Source: Alphaproteobacteria bacterium (GTDB lineage: Bacteria > Pseudomonadota > Alphaproteobacteria > JBFXJJ01). Taken from it: a stretch of DNA of 10,177 nucleotides. A model generated the notes under the pieces. It had not been told where the DNA came from. It worked only from the letters and a program-made list of their open reading frames with translations, and did not search any database. Both the position numbers and the translations under genes were made by a program. This document shows, one piece after another, positions 1 to 5,915 of this stretch (within the stretch, counting starts at the first letter, position 1; each line of letters opens with the position of its first letter). The stretch covers positions 1 through 10,177 of the forward strand of contig JBFXJJ010000026.1 in assembly GCA_050175015.1 (NCBI GenBank), written 5' to 3'.

Positions 1-102
1 GCTGAATCTTTTAATGCTAAACTAAAAGCATTCCGAGCTGTATTAAGAGGTGTTAGTGATACAAGTTTTTTTCTATATAGAGTAGCTAAGATTTATGCAT
101 AA
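1..102 (+). CDS. C-terminal end of an ISL3-family (DDE_Tnp_ISL3, ISAon1-like) transposase; 5' part lies outside the window
   Basis: Frame +1 reads AESFNAKLKAFRAVLRGVSDTSFFLYRVAKIYA* with TAA at 100-102. The (A)ESFNAKIK.FR...RG....FFL.R motif is the characteristic C-terminus of Bacteroidota ISL3-type transposases. Not in the ORF track because it is truncated. Confidence 0.88.
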   Translation, partial: AESFNAKLKAFRAVLRGVSDTSFFLYRVAKIYA

Positions 103-125
103 ACACCCGAATCTTCTTATGATCC
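1..125 (+). mobile_element. Right end of an ISL3-family IS; terminal inverted repeat probably ends at 125
   Basis: The transposase stop is followed by ACACCCGAATCTTCTTATGATCC (103-125), which reads GGATCATAAG... from the outside in. ISL3 ends start with GG. The AT-rich flank TATTAGAT (126-133) would be the expected ~8-bp target duplication. The left end is not visible, so the boundary is inferred. Confidence 0.65.
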
Positions 126-264
126 TATTAGATCTTTAGTTTTATTTCGCATATTTTATCATAAATAGATAATTTATGCAGAAAAAGACTAAGAATCAGA
201 ATGGAATGGATTGTATTTTAAATGTCTTCCTACTAATCCAAAAGACATTTGGATTGATTTAACA

Positions 265-302
265 AAATAAAAAACTCCTTAAAATAATCTTTAAGGAGTT
301 TT
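265..302 (-). terminator. Intrinsic terminator of tmRNA (possibly bidirectional)
   Basis: Perfect 13-bp inverted repeat AAAACTCCTTAAA (271-283) / TTTAAGGAGTTTT (290-302) with a 6-nt loop. A U-rich tail follows on the minus strand, and the hairpin starts 3 nt after the tmRNA end. Confidence 0.85.
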
Positions 303-305
303 CAG

Positions 306-701
306 TGGAGCTGGCGGGACTCGAACCCGCGTCCGAATAAGAAACCCAAATGTTTTCTACATGCTTATCTCTTTATTGGTTTTTGTGATTAGCCTGGCAA
401 AGAGCAGCCGAACCAAACCTTAGCTTCTTTGTTTTCGCCTGGTCATCGAAGCACCAACCAAGCTAGTTTAACATTTACGATGCCTCATTATCAAGTGCCG
501 TTAAACGGGGCCCTTTGAGAGACAGCCTGTCCTGCAGCACCTAGGCCGCTGGATTAAGCTAATTCACTTAGTGAATTAAGCAGCAAGCGCGTAATTATTT
601 TCGCCGTTTATTGTTTTGAGCATTGAGATTTACGAGCCAAAACACAAAGCTCGACATGCTTACACTCCAATTTACATTACCGTCAAAACCAAAACAGCCC
701 C
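306..701 (-). ncRNA. ssrA: tmRNA (transfer-messenger RNA), one-piece
   Basis: Minus strand begins GGGGCTGTTTTGGTTTTGACGG and ends GACGCGGGTTCGAGTCCCGCCAGCTCCA. Acceptor stem GGGGCUG/CAGCUCC has the G3-U alanine identity pair, a T-loop GTTCGAG is present, and there is an internal tag ORF. The 3' CCA is not fully encoded (CTG follows the discriminator A). Confidence 0.98.
576..605 (-). other. tmRNA proteolysis tag reading frame, (A)GENNYALAA*
   Basis: GGC GAA AAT AAT TAC GCG CTT GCT GCT TAA, preceded by the resume context AATAAAC. The stop codon lies in the hairpin TAATTCACTAAGTGAATTA (560-578). This is a typical Bacteroidota tag. Confidence 0.95.
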
Positions 702-713
702 TGAATGGGACTG

Positions 714-721
714 CAAAGATA
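714..721 (-). promoter_or_regulatory. Bacteroidota housekeeping promoter -7 box for ssrA
   Basis: Minus strand TATCTTTG(CA) matches TAnnTTTG and lies 12 nt upstream of the mature tmRNA 5' end. The -33 element is only approximate (TTTA at 740-743). Confidence 0.75.
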
Positions 722-805
722 CAAAATAATAAGGCCGTTTAAAGGTTTTTGACGAAAATAATTTAATTTTATAGCGTCAATTGTAAACTATCAATCCAAA
801 ATATC

Positions 806-2026
806 ATGAATAAAAAAATAAAAGTTGGCGTTCTACGCGAAACAAAAAACCCACCCGATAAGCGCGTTCCGGTTACTCCTCCACTCGCTGTCAAAATGCT
901 TGAGCGTTTTCCAAATATTGATCTTTTTGTTCAGCCAAGTGATCTGCGTTGTTTCACCGATGAGGAATATAAATACCTCGATCTACAGATGAAAGAAGAT
1001 TTAAGTGATTGTGATATATTATTAGGTGTAAAGGAAGTTAATCCTGCAACATTAATTCCCAATAAAACTTATATGTTTTTTGCCCATGTGGCTAAAAAAC
1101 AGCCTTATAATCGTGAGTTGTTGCAGGAAATTATTCGAAAAAAAATACGACTAGTTGATTATGAGTATCTTACCGATTACAATGGAGCTCGTATTGTTGC
1201 TTTTGGACGCTGGGCTGGAATAGTTGGAGCATACAACGGTTTACGAGGTAGAGGTATTCGCATGGATGAGTTTCAGCTAAAACCTGCTCACCAGTGCCAC
1301 GATATGGACGAAATGTATGCCGGTTTAAAATTGTTAAAACTTAAAAAGAAAAAAATTCTGGTAACCGGTGGAGGTCGTGTGGCAATGGGCGCTATGGAAA
1401 CATTACGACAATTGAATTTGCGAGAAGTTACACCTGAGGAGTTTCTTACCCAGGAATTTAATGAAGCTGTGTTGTGTCGTCTTGATCCTGAGCATTATGT
1501 TCGTCATAAAGGAGGCATGCAGTTTAACCTGCAACATTTTTTTAAACACCCCGAAGAGTACGAATCAACATTTAAGCCATATACAAAGGTAACTGATATT
1601 TATATCGCTTGTCATTTCTGGGATCCTAAATCACCAAAATTTATAACTAAAGAAGATTACCTCGATCCTGACTTTAAAATAACGGTTATTGCAGATGTTA
1701 GCTGCGATGTAAATGGACCAATTGCTTCGACAGTTCGTGCTTCTACCATTGCTGATCCTTTCTATGGTTATAATCCGGTGACAGGAAAAGATGAACGTCC
1801 TTTTATTAGTCCAAAAAACATAACTGTTATGGCTATCGATAATTTACCTGGAGAATTACCAAGAAATGCTGCCGCAGACTTTGGTGCAGACTTGCTAGAC
1901 AAAGTTTATCCATCGCTTTTTGGTCATGATGATGCAGGAATTATAGAACGTGCAACCATTACTAAAAATGGTAAATTGACCGAACGATATGCCTACTTAC
2001 AGGATTATCTTGATGGAAAGGAATAG
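806..2026 (+). CDS. AlaDh/PNT-superfamily NAD(P)-dependent oxidoreductase, saccharopine dehydrogenase (lysine-forming)/lysine-ketoglutarate reductase-like
   Basis: 406 aa. Motifs RETKNPPDKRVPVTP, DILLGVKEV (K76), FFAHVAKKQ (H94), VDYEYL, VAFGRWAGIVG, Rossmann GGGRVAMGA, ADVSCD and MAIDNLPGELP follow the LKR/SDH-like pattern. Confidence 0.85.
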   Translation: MNKKIKVGVLRETKNPPDKRVPVTPPLAVKMLERFPNIDLFVQPSDLRCFTDEEYKYLDLQMKEDLSDCDILLGVKEVNPATLIPNKTYMFFAHVAKKQPYNRELLQEIIRKKIRLVDYEYLTDYNGARIVAFGRWAGIVGAYNGLRGRGIRMDEFQLKPAHQCHDMDEMYAGLKLLKLKKKKILVTGGGRVAMGAMETLRQLNLREVTPEEFLTQEFNEAVLCRLDPEHYVRHKGGMQFNLQHFFKHPEEYESTFKPYTKVTDIYIACHFWDPKSPKFITKEDYLDPDFKITVIADVSCDVNGPIASTVRASTIADPFYGYNPVTGKDERPFISPKNITVMAIDNLPGELPRNAAADFGADLLDKVYPSLFGHDDAGIIERATITKNGKLTERYAYLQDYLDGKE

Positions 2027-2060
2027 TTAATAATGTGAATGGTGAATAGTGAATAGTGAT
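2026..2060 (+). repeat. Short degenerate heptamer tandem repeat (GTGAATA)n
   Basis: GTTAATA (2026-2032), AT, GTGAATG (2035), GTGAATA (2042), GTGAATA (2049), GTGAT (2056), directly after the stop codon. Confidence 0.7.
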
Positions 2061-2070
2061 TCCATAATGT

Positions 2071-2123
2071 AAAAAAACAATCTGCCCCCTTTAGGGATAA
2101 AGGGCAAGACAGATTGTTTTTTT
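2071..2123. terminator. Bidirectional intrinsic terminator between the convergent oxidoreductase and rpe genes
   Basis: Outer stem AAAAAAACAATCTG (2071-2084) / CAGATTGTTTTTTT (2110-2123), inner stem CCCTTTA (2087-2093) / TAAAGGG (2098-2104), with T tracts on both strands. Confidence 0.8.
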
Positions 2124-2128
2124 TATTT

Positions 2129-2779
2129 TTATAAATGTTTTAAATCAGAAATTGTTTTCAATTGATCTGCTGAACCAAAAATATAATTCCCTGCAACCAG
2201 CACATCACAACCAGCATCAATGATTTGTTTTGCATTCGTTCCGTCAACACCACCATCAACCTCAATTAATGCATTCGATTTTTTTTCGTTGATCAGTTTT
2301 TTGAGATTCTTAATTTTATTCAATGCATTCGGAATAAATTTTTGTCCTCCAAATCCAGGGTTTACCGACATAATTAAAACAAGATCAAGATCGGCAATAA
2401 TATCTTCGAGCAAATGAACGGATGTATGTGGATTTAAGCTAACGCCGGCTTTCATTCCAAGCGATTTTATATTCTGTATAGTTCTGTGCAAATGATGGCA
2501 GGTTTCTATATGCACTGTTAAAATATCTGCTCCTACTTTCTGAAATTGCTCAATGTATCGATCAGGATCAACAATCATCAGATGAACATCGAGTGGTTTT
2601 TTTGCGTGTTTTTTAATATATTTTATTACTGGGAATCCAAAAGAAATATTCGGTACAAAAACACCATCCATTATATCGAGGTGAAACCAGTCGGCATCAC
2701 TTTTGTTAATCATTTCAATGTCGCGCTGCAGGTTACCAAAATCGGCAGAAAGTAACGATGGAGAAATCAGATGTTTCAT
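2129..2779 (-). CDS. rpe: Ribulose-phosphate 3-epimerase
   Basis: 216 aa. Motifs SPSLLSADF, HLDIMDGVFVPNISFG, DVHLM, MSVNPGFGGQKF and EVDGG. Confidence 0.98.
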   Translation of the reverse strand: MKHLISPSLLSADFGNLQRDIEMINKSDADWFHLDIMDGVFVPNISFGFPVIKYIKKHAKKPLDVHLMIVDPDRYIEQFQKVGADILTVHIETCHHLHRTIQNIKSLGMKAGVSLNPHTSVHLLEDIIADLDLVLIMSVNPGFGGQKFIPNALNKIKNLKKLINEKKSNALIEVDGGVDGTNAKQIIDAGCDVLVAGNYIFGSADQLKTISDLKHL

Positions 2780-2799
2780 AATTATTATTTTAATAATGA

Positions 2800-2807
2800 C
2801 AAAAATA
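2800..2807 (-). promoter_or_regulatory. Candidate -7 box for rpe
   Basis: Minus strand TATTTTTG matches TAnnTTTG, 20 nt upstream of the rpe ATG and just downstream of the sigma-gene terminator. No clear -33 TTTG. Confidence 0.6.
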
Positions 2808-2810
2808 GAT

Positions 2811-2840
2811 AAAAAAAAGGAAACTGTCTGTTTCCTCTTT
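2811..2840 (-). terminator. Intrinsic terminator of the sigma factor gene
   Basis: Minus strand AGGAAAC-agaca-GTTTCCT (arms at 2830-2836 and 2818-2824) followed by a T run (A8 at 2811-2818 on plus), about 25 nt after the stop codon. Confidence 0.75.
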
Positions 2841-2860
2841 CTATTAATGTTTGGATCCTG

Positions 2861-3724
2861 CTAACCCAGATATGTTTTTAATATTTTACTTCGGGTTGTT
2901 TGTTTTAGCCGCTTAATTGCTTTTTCCTTTATCTGGCGAACCCTTTCGCGTGTGAGGTTAAATTCCTCTCCTATTTCTTCTAAAGTATATGGATGTTTGC
3001 CATTAAGCCCGAAATACAATTTTATGATATTAGCTTCGCGCTCTGTTAGTGAGGAAAGCGTTCGTTCTATTTCTTTTCGCAACGAGTCATTCAATAAATT
3101 ACCATCGGGGCTTGGATTGTCATTACTTAACAGAACCTCATACATATCGCCATCTTCACCTTCGGTAAGCGGAGCATCCATTGATACATGTCTGCCAGAA
3201 CTACGCATGGCATCTTTTATATCAGACGGAGCAAGCTCTATGGCCTTTGATATTTCCTCAATAGATGGTTCGCGTTCAAACTTCTGCTCTAACTCAGATA
3301 AAGCCTTATTAATCTTGTTAATCGAACCAATCTTATTTAATGGTAATCTAACAATGCGGGCTTGTTCTGCCAAAGCTTGTAAAATTGATTGTCGAATCCA
3401 CCAAACAGCATACGAAATGAATTTAAATCCACGTGTTTCATCAAATCTTTTTGCTGCTTTTATCAAACCAAGATTTCCTTCGTTAATAAGGTCGGGGAGA
3501 CTTAATCCTTGATTTTGATACTGTTTCGAAACAGATACTACAAACCGGAGATTTGCTTTAATAAGTCGTTCCAACGCCTCGTGATCTCCACTCCTGACTC
3601 TTCGAGCTAACTCTACCTCGTCTTCGGCAGTAAGAAGATCAACCTTTCCAATCTCATGCAAATACTTATCTAAAGAGGCAGTTTCCCTGTTAGTAACTTG
3701 TTTTATTATTTTTAACTGTCTCAT
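2861..3724 (-). CDS. rpoD: RNA polymerase sigma-70 factor, RpoD/SigA family, Bacteroidota type (no region 1.1)
   Basis: 287 aa. N-terminus [21 protein letters not shown], region 2 [42 protein letters not shown], region 4 [26 protein letters not shown]. The window cannot show whether this is the primary sigma or a paralog. Confidence 0.93.
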   Translation of the reverse strand: MRQLKIIKQVTNRETASLDKYLHEIGKVDLLTAEDEVELARRVRSGDHEALERLIKANLRFVVSVSKQYQNQGLSLPDLINEGNLGLIKAAKRFDETRGFKFISYAVWWIRQSILQALAEQARIVRLPLNKIGSINKINKALSELEQKFEREPSIEEISKAIELAPSDIKDAMRSSGRHVSMDAPLTEGEDGDMYEVLLSNDNPSPDGNLLNDSLRKEIERTLSSLTEREANIIKLYFGLNGKHPYTLEEIGEEFNLTRERVRQIKEKAIKRLKQTTRSKILKTYLG

Positions 3725-3760
3725 TTTTAGGGTTTAGGTTATATTTAAACGTATAAAATA

Positions 3761-3788
3761 ATACGTTATTTTTCAACAAATTGTTACA
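3761..3788 (-). promoter_or_regulatory. Candidate ECF-sigma-type promoter upstream of the sigma gene
   Basis: Minus strand TGTAAC (3788-3783), N17, CGTAT (3765-3761). This fits the general ECF AAC-N16/17-CGT architecture and lies 36 nt upstream of the ATG. Confidence 0.55.
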
Positions 3789-3794
3789 AATTTA
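3787..3794 (-). promoter_or_regulatory. Candidate housekeeping -7 box upstream of the sigma gene
   Basis: Minus strand TAAATTTG matches TAnnTTTG. No clean -33 TTTG at the expected spacing. Confidence 0.45.
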
Positions 3795-3885
3795 TTCAAA
3801 TATGTTTATAAAACGTATTTAGGATATTCTTTTTTCACTATTTTTGATTAATCTAGGATTTTTTTCAAAAAAAAAGTAAACAAGT

Positions 3886-3916
3886 TTTGGTAATTCTAAG
3901 TAAATCTGTAATATTG
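3886..3916 (+). promoter_or_regulatory. Candidate housekeeping promoter for rho (-33/-7)
   Basis: TTTG (3886-3889), N19, TAATATTG(CA) (3909-3916). One mismatch to TAnnTTTG with canonical spacing. Confidence 0.6.
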
Positions 3917-4056
3917 CATTGATTTTCCAACAAACGTTTTTTAATTCTATTCCTTACGATATATAAATCGTTCAAAATTACTTGTTAAATCAATGGTTAT
4001 AATAGATTTTGATTAGTTAGTATAAAATCAATAAATAATTTCCCAAAACATATTCT

Positions 4057-5700
4057 ATGTACGATATTCTTGAATTGAATAAAAAGGTTCTCACCGAGCT
4101 TAAAGAAATTGCCAAGCAATTAGATATTAAAAAGTTCGATACCTTAAAAAAACAGGATTTGATCTATAAAATCCTCGACGAACAGGCAGAAAAAGCCACC
4201 ATCGAAGTTAAGCCGGATAAAAAGATCAAACCTCGAAAAAAAATAATGGCCAAGCCTCAAGAAGAAGAAGCTCCTCGTGAAAAAGTAAAAATCATTAAAC
4301 GAGCTGATAGAAAACTTGATAATCCGGTTAATGAGTTCGAAAAAAACATGGCCAGTAAGCACGAAGATTTTTCGTTAAATGCCGAAGAGCCCGAAACAGC
4401 TTTCACTGCAACAGAAGAAACTATCGTTCCAGCAGTCGACTCAAGTACTAATGAGCCATTTGTAAATCCGGAACCGGAAATTGATCGTGATCAGGCAAAA
4501 AAAACATTCGAAAAACCATCTAAAGATAATTTTCAGAAACGACAATTTGAAAAAAGACCTAATGATCGTGCGTTTGAGTTTGAAGGAATAATAAGCAACT
4601 CAGGAGTACTAGAAATTATGCCCGATGGTTATGGTTTTTTAAGATCATCAGAATATAATTATCTGAACTCCCCTGATGATATCTATGTTTCGCAATCACA
4701 AATCAAATTATTTGGTTTAAAAACAGGCGATAACGTTGAAGGATCAATCAGACCTCCAAAAGAAGGTGAAAAATATTTTCCATTAATTAAAGTTGAAAAA
4801 ATTAACGGCCGTAGCCCTGATTTTATAAGAGACAGAGTTCCCTTTGATTTTTTAACTCCTCTTTTCCCTGAAGAAAAATTTAAATTAACCTCAGGTAAAA
4901 ACGATAAGCTTTCGGTTCGAATTGTGGATATGTTTGCGCCTATTGGTAAAGGACAACGCGGACTAATCGTTGCACAGCCAAAAACAGGTAAAACAGTTTT
5001 ACTAAAAGAAATTGCCAATGCCATTGCAGCAAATCATCCAGAAGTTTACATGATTGTTTTACTTATAGATGAGCGTCCTGAAGAGGTTACCGACATGGCC
5101 CGAAGCGTAAATGCTGAAGTTATTTCATCAACCTTCGATGAACCGGCAGAACGACATGTTCGTATTGCAAATATTGTTTTAGAAAAAGCTAAACGATTAG
5201 TTGAATGTGGCCACGATGTAGTTATCCTTTTAGATTCGATAACACGACTGGCACGTGCATTTAATACTGTTTCACCGGCCTCGGGCAAAGTACTATCCGG
5301 TGGTGTTGATGCCAATGCATTGCATAAACCAAAACGATTCTTTGGTGCTGCACGTAACATCGAAGAGGGCGGATCGTTAACGATTTTAGCAACTGCACTA
5401 ACTGAAACAGGTTCAAAAATGGACGATGTAATTTTTGAGGAGTTTAAAGGTACCGGGAACATGGAACTTCAGCTCGACAGAAAACTATCGAACAAACGTG
5501 TTTATCCGGCAGTTGATATTACTGCATCGAGTACACGAAGAGAAGAATTACTTATTGAAGGTACCATGCTAAATAAAACATGGGTATTGCGTAATTATTT
5601 AACCGATATGAATTCGGTAGAGGCTATGGAGTTTTTAAGAGACAGAATGCTTAAAACTCAGTCGAACGAAGAGTTCTTGGTTTCAATGAACAGCGAGTAA
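4057..5700 (+). CDS. rho: Transcription termination factor Rho with N-terminal insertion domain
   Basis: 547 aa. Rho_N helix bundle, [24 protein letters not shown], Walker [19 protein letters not shown], Walker B LLDSITR, Q-loop SGKVLSGG and R-loop FKGTGN. Confidence 0.99.
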   Translation: MYDILELNKKVLTELKEIAKQLDIKKFDTLKKQDLIYKILDEQAEKATIEVKPDKKIKPRKKIMAKPQEEEAPREKVKIIKRADRKLDNPVNEFEKNMASKHEDFSLNAEEPETAFTATEETIVPAVDSSTNEPFVNPEPEIDRDQAKKTFEKPSKDNFQKRQFEKRPNDRAFEFEGIISNSGVLEIMPDGYGFLRSSEYNYLNSPDDIYVSQSQIKLFGLKTGDNVEGSIRPPKEGEKYFPLIKVEKINGRSPDFIRDRVPFDFLTPLFPEEKFKLTSGKNDKLSVRIVDMFAPIGKGQRGLIVAQPKTGKTVLLKEIANAIAANHPEVYMIVLLIDERPEEVTDMARSVNAEVISSTFDEPAERHVRIANIVLEKAKRLVECGHDVVILLDSITRLARAFNTVSPASGKVLSGGVDANALHKPKRFFGAARNIEEGGSLTILATALTETGSKMDDVIFEEFKGTGNMELQLDRKLSNKRVYPAVDITASSTRREELLIEGTMLNKTWVLRNYLTDMNSVEAMEFLRDRMLKTQSNEEFLVSMNSE

Positions 5701-5718
5701 TGTTTAACAACACAATAG

Positions 5719-5749
5719 AAAAAAAGGCGAGGGTTACCTCGCTTTTTTT
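5719..5749 (+). terminator. Intrinsic terminator downstream of rho
   Basis: GCGAGG-gtta-CCTCGC (5727-5742) followed by T7 and preceded by A7. Confidence 0.88.
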
Positions 5750-5853
5750 GTTTTGATTACTAAGCAGATAGTAATTAAATTGAAAAAGAAATAGAGGCTA
5801 GTTATAATTGGCTTTTTTCAATTATAAATCTGTAAAAAGTTAGAATTTTATTC

Positions 5854-5861
5854 TAATTTTG
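5854..5861 (+). promoter_or_regulatory. Housekeeping -7 box for nifJ
   Basis: TAATTTTG matches TAnnTTTG, 54 nt upstream of the ATG. Possible degenerate -33 TCTG at 5829-5832 (21-nt spacer). Confidence 0.65.
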
Positions 5862-5902
5862 TAAGTTCCAAAAACTAGTTAATTATCTTTTATTAAATAA
5901 AT

Positions 5903-5909
5903 TAAGGAG
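5903..5909 (+). promoter_or_regulatory. Shine-Dalgarno-like sequence of nifJ
   Basis: TAAGGAG, 6 nt upstream of ATG 5916. Confidence 0.55.
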
Positions 5910-5915
5910 TTAGAA

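Noticed and set aside
176-262. 28-aa ORF MQKKTKNQNGMDCILNVFLLIQKTFGLI
   Set aside because: Too short, with no promoter or homology evidence; expected by chance.
306-335. tRNA-like T-arm and acceptor sequence
   Set aside because: It is the tRNA-like domain of tmRNA, not a separate tRNA.
560-578. Strong palindrome TAATTCACTTAGTGAATTA as a possible operator
   Set aside because: It lies inside tmRNA and is explained by the helix containing the tag stop codon.
2026-2123. Repeats as a possible CRISPR or mini-array
   Set aside because: Units are 7 nt with no spacers, and there are no cas genes in the window.
2220-2755. Plus-strand ORFs 2220-2417 and 2546-2755
   Set aside because: Antisense shadows of rpe with no recognisable motifs.
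2952-3512. 186-aa plus-strand ORF
   Set aside because: Ser-rich antisense shadow of the conserved sigma gene, explained by codon bias.
4144-5462. Minus-strand ORFs 4144-4362, 4683-5024 and 5046-5462
   Set aside because: Antisense to rho; their composition is dictated by the sense strand.
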